Assembly: GCA_963662665.2 (NCBI GenBank)
Contig: CAXXJS010000025.1
Coordinates: 84,845 to 148,844, forward strand
Origin: Candidatus Latescibacterota bacterium
GTDB taxonomy: Bacteria > Latescibacterota > UBA2968 > GCA-2709665
DNA length: 64,000 nucleotides
Direction of reading: 5' to 3'
Below, in pieces: positions 27,500 to 36,635 of the stretch. Each line of letters opens with the position of its first letter. Position 1 is the first letter of the stretch. Made by a program: the position numbers and the translations under genes. The notes beneath the pieces were generated by a model that did not search any database, was not told the DNA's origin, and was given only the letters and a program-made list of their open reading frames with translations.

Positions 27500-28282
27500 A
27501 TGGTCCGTACCGCGGTTAAGGCGATTCTATTCGATCTTGACGAAACCCTCATTCTCGAAAAACCGATTGCGCTCAGAGCGCTCGAGCTGACCGGACAGCG
27601 CGCGAACGACGTGGCCGGCGTGGATCCATCCGAACTCAGAGATCGAGTCCTGGACCGGGCCGGCGAACTCTGGCGCTCGACGCCGGTAATCGACTACTGC
27701 CGCCGCGTCGGGATCAGCTCCTGGGAAGGCTTGTGGTGCGAGTTCGCCGGAGAAAATGAGGACCTCGTCTGGCTGCGTGAGTGGTCTCCAAAGTACCGGT
27801 TTGAGACGTGGTCTCGGGCGCTGAACGACATGGGTGTCGATGACGAACGGCTGGCTCGAACCCTCGCAGACGACTTCGTCGAGATCCGGAGAGGACTGTT
27901 CGAGTACTTTCCGGAGACAATCGCGATTCTGGATGAACTCAAAGGCGCCGTTCGATTGGTTCTCGCGACAAATGGCGCGTCCGATCTTCAGAGACTCAAG
28001 CTCGAGACCAGCGGTCTGGCGGGCTACTTTGACGACGTTCTTGTCTCGGGAGACGTCGGATTCGCCAAACCCCATCCTCATTTCTTCGAGAACGCGCTTC
28101 GACTTGCGAATACTGCACCGGAGCAGACACTGATGGTTGGAGACAATCTCCGGAAAGACGTCGACGGAGCGCAGGAGGCAGGAATCAGGGGAATCTGGTT
28201 GAACCGGAGAGACAGGGAACCCGGCGAGATCCAGCCATTCGCGGAGATCGGGAACCTGCTGGAACTGCGGAACTTCCTTTGA
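27500..28282 (+). CDS. HAD family hydrolase
   Basis: AILFDLDETL (motif I DxDxT), LVLATNG (motif II) and MVGDNLRKDVDGAQEAGIRGIWLNR (motif IV) are present. Confidence 0.8.
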   Translation: MVRTAVKAILFDLDETLILEKPIALRALELTGQRANDVAGVDPSELRDRVLDRAGELWRSTPVIDYCRRVGISSWEGLWCEFAGENEDLVWLREWSPKYRFETWSRALNDMGVDDERLARTLADDFVEIRRGLFEYFPETIAILDELKGAVRLVLATNGASDLQRLKLETSGLAGYFDDVLVSGDVGFAKPHPHFFENALRLANTAPEQTLMVGDNLRKDVDGAQEAGIRGIWLNRRDREPGEIQPFAEIGNLLELRNFL

Positions 28283-28323
28283 GCGCGCAAACTGCTCAGC
28301 CGACTCACGATGGACCATCTGAC

Positions 28324-28467
28324 ATGAAAAAGCGTGACTTTGACCGACTTGCGGCCTGCGTCAAGCAGGGAAAGTTGAAGCCAGGGCGCACGACGCAGAT
28401 CGATCCAGCCGATTTCAGGTTGATCCGAATGAGACTGGATAGGTCTCAACAGGAACCGTTTTATTGA
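28324..28467 (+). pseudogene. truncated HTH-antitoxin remnant (47 codons)
   Basis: MKKRDFDRLAACVKQGKLKPGRTTQIDPADFRLIRMRLDRSQQE parallels the N-terminal half of XRE-type antitoxins (MKkxdFdxLxxSvkEa...dvkaIRekLglSQxeFA). It stops just where the HTH should begin. Confidence 0.4.
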
Positions 28468-28479
28468 ATTGAAACCTTA

Positions 28480-29289
28480 ATGAGCAAGTACGTCAGAAAC
28501 TTCTACGACTCAGCAACGGAACGCGAGTGGGAACGGTTGGACGCGGGGCTTGCGCGAATCGAGTTCGCGTCCACCCTGCAGCTCATTGAAAAGTACTTTC
28601 CGGCCAACGGCGCCGTATGTGACATCGGGAGCGGGCCGGGTCGTTATTCTATTGAACTCGCCAAACGTGGGTACCGGGTAACGTTATTCGATTTATCCAG
28701 GAAACTGTTGGAGAGAGCAGAACGAGCGTTTGCAGCGGACGGAGTCACCGCTGAACGGTATGTTCAGGGAGATGCACGCGACCTGGGCGTCTTTGATGAC
28801 GAATCATTCGATGCCGTACTGCTTCTCGGCCCACTGTACCACCTGATCGAGAGGGGTGATCGATCACTGGCCTTGAGCGAGATGATTCGCATTCTGAAGC
28901 CCGGCGGCAGGGCAATTGTCGCCTTCCTCAATTCGTGGGGCTTGCTCAGGACGGGGGTGGCCGGTTTCCCCCACCGCTTCCGCAATCCCGACTTTCTGCA
29001 GAGCTTGCTCGGCGAAAGGACCTTTGACGACCATGAACGCCCTCTCTTCACGGAATGTCACTGGTCCAACCCGGAGGTCGCCGCCAAAGAAATCAAGGAT
29101 GCAGGGCTGCGAATTGTGAGTTATGCCGGAGTCGAAGGCTTCGTCGGAGGCATGGCTCCACTACTCGAGTCGCTCCGGGAGAGCGAACCGGCGGCATTCG
29201 AAAACGTCCTGAAATTTGCCGCAGAAACATCGGAGTTACCTCAGTTCAGGGACGCAACAAACCACGTTCACTTTGTCGTCGAGAAGTAA
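28480..29289 (+). CDS. class I SAM-dependent methyltransferase
   Basis: Motif I VCDIGSGPGRYSIELAKRGYRVTLFDLS, post-I acidic residue, and ILKPGGRAIV motif are present. Confidence 0.8.
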   Translation: MSKYVRNFYDSATEREWERLDAGLARIEFASTLQLIEKYFPANGAVCDIGSGPGRYSIELAKRGYRVTLFDLSRKLLERAERAFAADGVTAERYVQGDARDLGVFDDESFDAVLLLGPLYHLIERGDRSLALSEMIRILKPGGRAIVAFLNSWGLLRTGVAGFPHRFRNPDFLQSLLGERTFDDHERPLFTECHWSNPEVAAKEIKDAGLRIVSYAGVEGFVGGMAPLLESLRESEPAAFENVLKFAAETSELPQFRDATNHVHFVVEK

Positions 29290-29449
29290 CGCACACGGAT
29301 TCGTGGTTTGTTGCCGACCAGGACAGCCGCTCAGTACCGGGTCATTAAATCGCTTTACAAGGTGCCATCAGAACGGTAGAGCGGCACGTACGTGCTGGCT
29401 ACAGTCTATGGTCTGATTGGACCTTTGGACGTTGTTTTATTCTTGACGA

Positions 29450-29469
29450 CTGTACTAAAATTGGTACAG
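29450..29469. promoter_or_regulatory. inverted repeat CTGTAC-N8-GTACAG between TTGACG (29443) and the GTG start (candidate TA operator/promoter)
   Basis: Read directly. TTGACG lies at 29443..29448 and TACAGT at 29465..29470 (16-nt spacer). The GTG start is at 29478. Confidence 0.35.
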
Positions 29470-29477
29470 TTACAATA

Positions 29478-30005
29478 GTGAACAGACACAGGCCACTACC
29501 CGTTCGCTTTTTTCGTACGACGACAGGACGTGAACCGGTCAGAGCCTGGCTGCGCGGTCTGGACCGCGAATCCAGAAAGATCATTGGTGCCGACGTCAAG
29601 ACCGTTCAATTCGGGCGGCCTCTTGGAATGCCGCTGGTCCGAAAACTCGAAGGCGATCTTTGGGAGGTCCGCTGCAGACTGCCCGATTCAATTGCCCGAG
29701 TCGTCTTTACGCTTTACGGTGGCACGATGAGAAAACATATCGGCAGCTATTTCGATGAGTTCCTCAAGGAAGAGGGTCTCCTCGGTGAATCAGAAGCGAC
29801 GGCAGCGAAACGCGTGATTGCGTTTCAGTTGAGCCAGTTCATGAAGGAACACAAGCTGTCCAAATCCGAGATGGCGAGGCGCATTCAAACCAGCCGGTCG
29901 GCGCTGGACCGTCTGTTAGATGCTTCGAATTCCTCGGTAACCCTGCGGACATTGGACCGCGCTGCACAAGTTCTCGGCCGACAACTCCGCATCGCGTTGA
30001 TATAA
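29478..30005 (+). CDS. in-frame fusion of a truncated Gp49/HigB-like (RelE/ParE superfamily) toxin and an XRE-HTH antitoxin
   Basis: Residues 1-83 (VRFFRTTTGREPVRAWL...GMPLVRKLEGDLWEVRCRLPDSIARVVFTLYGG) match the N-terminal two-thirds of phage Gp49-like toxins. At ATG 29727 a complete antitoxin begins (MRKHIGSYFDEFLKEEG...LSKSEMARRIQTSRSALDRLL) with no intervening stop. Confidence 0.6.
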   Translation: MNRHRPLPVRFFRTTTGREPVRAWLRGLDRESRKIIGADVKTVQFGRPLGMPLVRKLEGDLWEVRCRLPDSIARVVFTLYGGTMRKHIGSYFDEFLKEEGLLGESEATAAKRVIAFQLSQFMKEHKLSKSEMARRIQTSRSALDRLLDASNSSVTLRTLDRAAQVLGRQLRIALI

Positions 30006-30322
30006 AACCACCAGGCGTTCATTCGTGTACGCCGTCGTTATTCTTGGCGGCTAATGACACCCGGTGTTAGAATGCCCGCGAGGCCTTGATTATCTCGAAG
30101 CCGCGACAACAGCGGACGTTCAACCTCCCTGAGGGAGATACTCAAAGTGTCAGCTTGCCAGAGGGCCCGGTAATGATTATTATAACTGGCGTGCTCGACA
30201 GGGAGCCTCCGGTCCGCGGAAAGGGCTAAGCCCACCCACCTCATCAGATCCTGAAGTTCCGATAGCACCTTCTTTCTGCCCGAAGATGCGGACGCCGGGC
30301 GACACTGCGAGAGGAGGCTGCT

Positions 30323-31552
30323 ATGCCCCGCCGTCAAAGTCTTCCCGTTAATCCCAACATCGAGAACCTCAGGAAGCGGGCAAAATCGCTTCTGGCCGCC
30401 TATCGGTCGGGCGATCCCGAGGCGATTTCCGCCTTTGAGGATCTGCATCCACGGGACGTTTCCGTCGAAAGCGTCAGGCTGGCCGACGCACAACTCGTAC
30501 TCGCGCGCCTGTATCGATACCCAGGCTGGCCCAGAATGCTGATTGCGGCCAGACTGTGCGCGGCTGTGTCCAGCGACGACCTTGAAGCCGTACGTGATCT
30601 GGTCATGGAGCACCCCGAACTCCTGACAGAAGAGGCTCGAGGCCGAGGTTCGCACTGGGGCGCAGCGATGGGATTTGCTGCTGAACTGGGAAAGACCGGG
30701 ATTGTAGAGATGCTGGCGGACCTGGGCAGTCCGGAGATCCAACACGCCTTCGGGCGAGCCATCCTGCAGGGAAATGCCGATACCGTTCGTGCGCTGGTAA
30801 AGAAAGGCGCAAAAATAGAGCGCGGGGTTGCGATGGGTGCCTGTGAAACCCTGAATAGCAAGGGACTGCAGATGGTTCTGGATCTCGGCGGGGAACTCTG
30901 CGACGCAGATGGGGATTTTTCCGCGCCGGCCGCGATGGTCCTCGAGACATACAGCCGCAACCCGGTTGGAAAGCACGAGTGTCTGAAAATTCTCGCCGAA
31001 AGTGGCGTGGAATTTCCGGACACCCCCGCTATGGCTTTCCATTTTGGGCGGATCGATTTGCTGGAGCGTCATCTGGACCGGGACCCCGAACTCATCTCCC
31101 GCAGATTCCGGTACGACGACATCTATCCTCCCCACCTCCGTGTTGGCGACGACACCGGTCTCCACGGTACACCTCTTGATGGGACAACGCTCCTGCACAT
31201 GGCGATCGAATTTGACGAGGACGAGATTTTCGCTTGGGCTATCGAACACGGCGCGGATGCGAACGCGGCAGCAGATATCGATGCCGACGGTTTTGGGGGG
31301 CACACCCCACTGTTCAACTGTGTCATCAAGAAAGGCCGGAAGGAGGACAGAATGGCTGTCGAGCTCCTCGACACGGGAGCGGACCCGTCCCATCGGGCGT
31401 CCATCCGAAAGGGCCTGAAGTCAACCGCTGATGAAGCTGTGCGTGAATACAGAGATGTGACACCGATTGAATACGCCGTTCGATTTCACGACCGGAGCTA
31501 TGTGAATCAGGCAGCGGTAGAGGCGATTGAATCCCGGATATTCTCAGGTTGA
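30323..31552 (+). CDS. ankyrin-repeat protein
   Basis: GAGGAGG SD. Ankyrin signatures are present (GTTLLHMAIEFDEDEIFAWAIEHGADANA, GHTPLFNCVIKKG...VELLDTGADP). The N-terminal LRKRAKSLLAAYRSGDPEA...LADAQLVLARLYRYPGWP module is common in bacterial ANK proteins. Confidence 0.75.
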   Translation: MPRRQSLPVNPNIENLRKRAKSLLAAYRSGDPEAISAFEDLHPRDVSVESVRLADAQLVLARLYRYPGWPRMLIAARLCAAVSSDDLEAVRDLVMEHPELLTEEARGRGSHWGAAMGFAAELGKTGIVEMLADLGSPEIQHAFGRAILQGNADTVRALVKKGAKIERGVAMGACETLNSKGLQMVLDLGGELCDADGDFSAPAAMVLETYSRNPVGKHECLKILAESGVEFPDTPAMAFHFGRIDLLERHLDRDPELISRRFRYDDIYPPHLRVGDDTGLHGTPLDGTTLLHMAIEFDEDEIFAWAIEHGADANAAADIDADGFGGHTPLFNCVIKKGRKEDRMAVELLDTGADPSHRASIRKGLKSTADEAVREYRDVTPIEYAVRFHDRSYVNQAAVEAIESRIFSG

Positions 31553-31623
31553 TCGAGACTGCCGTTTTACGACCCTGCTTGCTCGAAATCCGTAGGGTCT
31601 CAAACACCAATGGTGATAGACTG

Positions 31624-32022
31624 ATGAGGCACTATATCCACCACATCGTTTTAACTGTGAGTGATGTCAAGAAATCAACGGATTTTTACAGTAGAATATC
31701 CGATTGGCAGATTAGAGAACAGGCGGAAGACTATACGGAATTCGTCCCCTCGGACGACCCCGGCGGACGAAAATTCCTGTTTGTCATCGGTACGCCAAGA
31801 GACTATCCCGTCTCAGGCAACGTGTTTGATCGAAATCGAATTGGCCTTGACCATTTTGCCTTTCTGGTCGAGACACAAGAGGAATTGCAAGCCATCGAAC
31901 AACGGCTTCGAGCGGAGGATATAGAAATGGAAGATGGAGGCATTACAAATGATGACTTCGGTGGGACAGCGATTTTCTGCTACGATCCGGACGGAATGAA
32001 AGTCGAGTTCCATCTTGCGTGA
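31624..32022 (+). CDS. VOC (glyoxalase/bleomycin-resistance/dioxygenase) family protein
   Basis: MRHYIHHIVLTVSDVKKSTDFY, GLDHFAF and DPDGMKVEFH are typical paired beta-alpha-beta-beta-beta module motifs. Confidence 0.75.
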   Translation: MRHYIHHIVLTVSDVKKSTDFYSRISDWQIREQAEDYTEFVPSDDPGGRKFLFVIGTPRDYPVSGNVFDRNRIGLDHFAFLVETQEELQAIEQRLRAEDIEMEDGGITNDDFGGTAIFCYDPDGMKVEFHLA

Positions 32023-32142
32023 CTGAATCAGACGACTTCGTCGACAAGCGATTTGCGCTGTCTGAACGTGGATGGGGAATTGTCTCAAGCTGCCGACCCG
32101 ATTACATGATGCTGACGCAGGACCCCGTATCAGGAAACGCGA

Positions 32143-32817
32143 ATGAGTCACTCCGTCCGCAGCCATCTTCGTCTCGAAGTCGATGCCTACGACGAAGCCA
32201 TCCGCCGGTTCATCCCCGGCTACGAGGAAGGCCTGAACAGGATCGCTGGTGAAATCGCCGGAATCCGCCCGGCCCTCGTGCTGGACCTCGGAACGGGAAC
32301 GGGAGCCCTGGCCGAAGCGATGCTCGAGTACGAATGCGTGGGCGCCGTGGAAGCCATCGACGTGGATCCGGAGATGCTGGACCGGGCCCGCACCCGGCTC
32401 AGGCGATTCGGGTCCCGTGCGCGCTTTCGCGAATGTTCATTCGAAGCACCGCTCCCCGCGTGCGATGCCGTGGCCGCCTGCCTGGCCCTGCACCATATTC
32501 CGGCGATACGACGCAAGCGCGCCCTGTACAGGCATATTTTCCGGGCGCTTCGCCCCGGCGGGGTGTTCGTGACCGCCGATGTGACGATGACGGCAGATCC
32601 GGTGGAACGTGAGCGGTGCTACCGCATCTGGACCGCCCACCTGGTTTCGCACGGCATTGAAGAACGCCGCGCCCGTGAGCACTTCGACGAGTGGTCCTCC
32701 GAAGACACCTACTTCCCGGTCGATGACGAACTCGACGCTATGCGCATGGCGGGTTTTGACGCCGAATGTGTCTGGCGCGACCCGCCGAACACGCTCCTGG
32801 TGGGACGCAGGCAATAG
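32143..32817 (+). CDS. class I SAM-dependent methyltransferase
   Basis: Motif I VLDLGTGTGALAEAML, then VEAIDVDPEML and LRPGGVFVTAD. Confidence 0.8.
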   Translation: MSHSVRSHLRLEVDAYDEAIRRFIPGYEEGLNRIAGEIAGIRPALVLDLGTGTGALAEAMLEYECVGAVEAIDVDPEMLDRARTRLRRFGSRARFRECSFEAPLPACDAVAACLALHHIPAIRRKRALYRHIFRALRPGGVFVTADVTMTADPVERERCYRIWTAHLVSHGIEERRAREHFDEWSSEDTYFPVDDELDAMRMAGFDAECVWRDPPNTLLVGRRQ

Positions 32818-32944
32818 GTTTGGGGTCGCACTGGCTTTGAAATTCGCGTTGTGCGAAAAAGGACACTCCAGGAGTATCCGCGAGACGGAATCCGTCAGAA
32901 CCCTTTTCCTGGAGTTGATTCAACAAGACCGCAAGTGAGTTCCT

Positions 32945-33982
32945 GTGGAAAAGCATCGTCAGCATTATCTGCACGCTGCCGGAGAGGCCCTGGCGAATTA
33001 CGATATTGGGGAAGTCCGCACCGACGAGCGCAAGCAGGTGGGCCATATTGGCTTTTCAGGCTACAGCATGGTCAAGTTCCGTGCGGAGGGGGCATCCGGG
33101 AGTTACCTTGTCACCGTGTATTATGCCGAGGGAGACCGGAACATCCATGATTATCGGACCGCCATCCGGTCGCACCTTCTCTGGCTCGAAGCCCTGGACC
33201 GCGACACCGATCTGGTCGTACAGAGACCGGTCCACAATCTGTCAGGCGACTTTATCACTGACGTCGAGTCCATTGGCTATCGGGCCTTTCTCGTCACCCT
33301 TCTCCGCTGGGTCGACGGCGACCTCGTCTGGGACAACTACGGGGAAGAGGCGTTCGTTGACCTGCCATCGGGAATACTTCACAACGTGGGGTCGGTCCTC
33401 GGCGAACTTCACCGGCACAGCAGTCGGTGGACCCCTCCCGAAGGCTTTACTCGTCCCGGTAGCGAACCTGAAAAACTGCAACTCGACCTGAATCGCCTGC
33501 GTCCCGCTGCAGACGACGGTCGCATTGGCGCGTGTGATTTCGCTGTTTTGGAACGGACTGTATGCCAAATCATCGAACATGTCGCGGAAATGGACAGATC
33601 TCCACGGTTTCGGGGATTGCTTCACGGAGATTTCTCATGCGGCAACTGCATCGTACATGGGGACGAGATCCGTCCCATTGACTTTGACTGGTGTCGATTC
33701 GGGCATTTTCTGGCCGACGTGGGATGGTGCTTTGCCGTAAATCCGATGAGTTCCACACGTTGTGAAGCTTTTCTCCGCGGGTACGAACAACAGTGCAATT
33801 TTCCCGATAACCATCTGCGAACAATCGAATGTTTCTTCATCGAATCCTGCATTCGCCTGCTTTCCTGGCGTGCGGGAAATCCTGTAGAGGTCTTCCCGAC
33901 GTTGCCGCGTTTTGTAGACGGCGTCTGCCGGAAATACCTCGAACGCGAACCGTTTGTTCTTGAATGGATGGAGGAACTGTGA
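32945..33982 (+). CDS. APH/choline-kinase-like phosphotransferase family protein
   Basis: GTG start. Brenner motif LLHGDFSCGNCIV (HxDxxxxN) and the metal-binding IDFDW are present, in a ~345-aa protein typical of the family. Confidence 0.75.
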   Translation: MEKHRQHYLHAAGEALANYDIGEVRTDERKQVGHIGFSGYSMVKFRAEGASGSYLVTVYYAEGDRNIHDYRTAIRSHLLWLEALDRDTDLVVQRPVHNLSGDFITDVESIGYRAFLVTLLRWVDGDLVWDNYGEEAFVDLPSGILHNVGSVLGELHRHSSRWTPPEGFTRPGSEPEKLQLDLNRLRPAADDGRIGACDFAVLERTVCQIIEHVAEMDRSPRFRGLLHGDFSCGNCIVHGDEIRPIDFDWCRFGHFLADVGWCFAVNPMSSTRCEAFLRGYEQQCNFPDNHLRTIECFFIESCIRLLSWRAGNPVEVFPTLPRFVDGVCRKYLEREPFVLEWMEEL

Positions 33983-34127
33983 ATCTGGAGAACAGGACCA
34001 GACCAACATCGCACGACGCCCGAGGGCATCGTGAATTGCGGGCAGGACATGTACCTGCCCGTGGGGCTGTGAGGTATGTTCGTGTCACCAACCTGCATTG
34101 AGTCAGGATTGCCCAGGTGGTAGATTG

Positions 34128-34781
34128 ATGACAACGTCCGCAGGTTTCGTTCTGGTTTTTTTCCTTCTATCCGTTATGTCACCCGCAACCGCGGATGATC
34201 AACCCGGATCGGCGGACGATTACGGCCGCGCCCGGATTGGCGGCATGACGGGCAGAATCAAGTGGGAGTCGATGATTCAGGGCGAGGGTCTGAAGGGTTG
34301 GAAGCCAGGCGACGAAAGGGTGTGGTTCCGGGAGGGAGACACGGTAATCGCAAGAGCGGGTGCACAGCATAAAGGCACCAGACTCGTCAAGGGAGACAGT
34401 ACGTGGTCACACTATGAGTTCAAGGTTCAGGTGACGCTGGTTAAAGGCGCCAACGTGCAGATCCGCTTCGGCATCAACGAAGAGAGCAGGGAGTATATGG
34501 TCGATTACCTCGGTGGCTGGAAGGCGCTGGCGATCAGCACCTACGAGCGCGGCAAGCGCGGCGTCACCAAACTCGACGTGGTCAACCTGGTCCTCGAACG
34601 AGGGCGGGAATACGATCTCGTTCTGGCAGTTCGGGGACATTCCGTTACCACCTACGTAAACGGTAAGCTCGTCAACCGGTTGACCCTCGAAACGAACCCG
34701 AAAGGAGCGGTTGCGCTGGGCACCTGGGGACATCGCGCGGTTGCCCGATTCAGGGATCCGAAGATTCGGCACTACAACTGA
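34128..34781 (+). CDS. secreted DUF1080 (3-keto-disaccharide hydrolase-like, LamG/jelly-roll) protein
   Basis: Signal peptide MTTSAGFVLVFFLLSVMSPATA. The pattern GWKPG...W.REGDTVIA...TRLVKGDSTWSHYEFKVQVTLVKGANVQIRFG...VNGKLVN resembles DUF1080. Confidence 0.5.
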   Translation: MTTSAGFVLVFFLLSVMSPATADDQPGSADDYGRARIGGMTGRIKWESMIQGEGLKGWKPGDERVWFREGDTVIARAGAQHKGTRLVKGDSTWSHYEFKVQVTLVKGANVQIRFGINEESREYMVDYLGGWKALAISTYERGKRGVTKLDVVNLVLERGREYDLVLAVRGHSVTTYVNGKLVNRLTLETNPKGAVALGTWGHRAVARFRDPKIRHYN

Positions 34782-34922
34782 CGCTTTCGGAATGGTTCCG
34801 GAGCCGGAATCTCGTGTACAGCCGACGCGATTCACGCGGTTTACTGCCGTTGACCTTTATCCTGCCCATCCTGTCCATCGATGTAAGTTTGTGTTTTTTC
34901 ATTCTTCGGTCGAATTCACACT

Positions 34923-35573
34923 ATGAGGCTCCAGATGCCGAATTTGAACGCCGCCCCGCGCCATGCTTCATTTGTAGAGATAACCGGCGACCCGAACCTG
35001 CCGGACGTGCTTCTGATCGGGGACTCGATTTCGATGGGGTATACGATCCCGACTCGAGAACGTCTCAAAGGCAGGGCGAACGTCCACCGTCCGGCTGACA
35101 ACTGCGGACCGACGAGCCGCGGGCTGGCGCAATTGGACGAATGGCTGGGCAATCGGAAGTGGGATGTCATCCACTTCAATTTTGGGCTGCATGACCTGAA
35201 ATACGTCGATGCCGGGGGCGGACTCACCGAACCGGGAAGAGGCAAGCTGTCCACGTCCATCGACCAGTATAAGGAAAACCTGGGGAAGCTGGTTGAAAGG
35301 CTGAAAGCGACGGGAGCGAAGCTGATCTGGGCGACAACCACACCCGTACCAGAGGGCGCGAATGGTCGAAGGATGGGAGACGCAACGGAATATAACGCCG
35401 CCGCGATGGAGGTCGTGAACGAACCTGGCATTACAGTCAACGATCTCCATGCCTTCGCCCTGCCGCGACTGAAGGAACTTCAACTGCCAGAAAACGTGCA
35501 CTTCACACAAGAGGGTTCGGAGATTCTGGCAGATCAGGTCGCCAGCGCGATTTTGGAACGTCTTGGAGAGTGA
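34923..35573 (+). CDS. SGNH/GDSL hydrolase family protein
   Basis: Block I VLLIGDSISMGY (catalytic Ser), block II/III FNFGLHD, and block V-like ENVHFTQEG are present. Confidence 0.7.
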   Translation: MRLQMPNLNAAPRHASFVEITGDPNLPDVLLIGDSISMGYTIPTRERLKGRANVHRPADNCGPTSRGLAQLDEWLGNRKWDVIHFNFGLHDLKYVDAGGGLTEPGRGKLSTSIDQYKENLGKLVERLKATGAKLIWATTTPVPEGANGRRMGDATEYNAAAMEVVNEPGITVNDLHAFALPRLKELQLPENVHFTQEGSEILADQVASAILERLGE

Positions 35574-35621
35574 CGCCGGAGTACTGGAGAAACCGCCGGA
35601 GACAACAGGGTACCCTGATTC

Positions 35622-36635
35622 TTGACTCCTTTTGAGGAACTTACATTTCGCGGTCAGCTTCGGCGCCTTAGACAACTCGCACTCGAGGCGCTTGCGTCCT
35701 ACGACCTGGGCGATTTTACGCTTCGGCCTATACAGCACCGGGAGAACGCCACCTTCCTGGTAAGGGCTGGAGGGCGTCGATACGTCTTGCGCGTCAACCG
35801 GCCGAAGAACAGGGACCAGGCCTTCGTCGGGTCGGAGCTGGAGTGGCTGGATGCAATCACCCGGGATACGGACCTCGTCGTGCCCGCGCCGGTCGCCGAT
35901 AGGGAAGGAAAGCTGCTGACGGTCGCCTCCACGCCGGGGATACCGGAACCAAGGGTCTGCGCTCTTTTTCGATGGGTGAAGGGCCGCTTTGTCAGCCAGC
36001 ACGACCTGACCGGGCGACATCTGGAAAGGGTCGGCCGACTTATGGGAAGGTTGCACAACCACGCCGCGGGTTTCGTCCCCTCATCCGGCTTCACGCGCAT
36101 CCGCGGGGACACCGGGGGGCTGCTCGGCGGCGTCACCGGCGGGACGATTGACCTTGCAAAAGCATTGCTCGGTCCGGACGGACGCGCCACCGTCGACCGG
36201 GCGGAATCGATCACGCGCACCGCGATGGCGCAATTGGGAGAGGCCTCGTCCACTTTCGGCTTGATACATGGCGATCTGCATCAGATGAACTACGTCTTCC
36301 TGAAGGGCGAAGCGCGCGCCCTCGACTTCGACGACTGCGGACGGGGCTACTTTCTCGGCGATATGGGCGCCACCCTCGGTCCACTGGTCAGCCGGAAGGA
36401 TTTCGGCTCGCTGCGCGCCGCCTTTCTTCGCGGATACAGGAGCATCCGACCCCTCGATGCCACACACGAGCGAATGCTGACCGAGTTTCTGATTGCCGAC
36501 CGTCTGAAGATCGCCGTCTGGATGGCCGGCCGTGCGGACAATCCGGGTCTCCGCGACAACGCGGAGGGATTCGTTCGGGACCGCGTCGACCAGATGAGAA
36601 ATATGATGCAATGGGGATCCGATGTTTTCGAGTAA
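35622..36635 (+). CDS. APH-like phosphotransferase (kinase-fold) protein
   Basis: TTG start. N-terminal ASYDLGDFTLRPIQHRENATFLV...YVLRVNRP, Brenner motif LIHGDLHQMNYVF and LDFDD are present. It is a paralogue class of 32945..33982. The stop overlaps the next gene by 14 nt. Confidence 0.75.
   Translation: MTPFEELTFRGQLRRLRQLALEALASYDLGDFTLRPIQHRENATFLVRAGGRRYVLRVNRPKNRDQAFVGSELEWLDAITRDTDLVVPAPVADREGKLLTVASTPGIPEPRVCALFRWVKGRFVSQHDLTGRHLERVGRLMGRLHNHAAGFVPSSGFTRIRGDTGGLLGGVTGGTIDLAKALLGPDGRATVDRAESITRTAMAQLGEASSTFGLIHGDLHQMNYVFLKGEARALDFDDCGRGYFLGDMGATLGPLVSRKDFGSLRAAFLRGYRSIRPLDATHERMLTEFLIADRLKIAVWMAGRADNPGLRDNAEGFVRDRVDQMRNMMQWGSDVFE

Noticed and set aside
28279-28323. Longer 62-aa version of the antitoxin stub starting at 28279.
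   Set aside because: The first 15 codons overlap the HAD gene stop region and add no homologous sequence. ATG 28324 begins the recognisable MKKxDFD motif.
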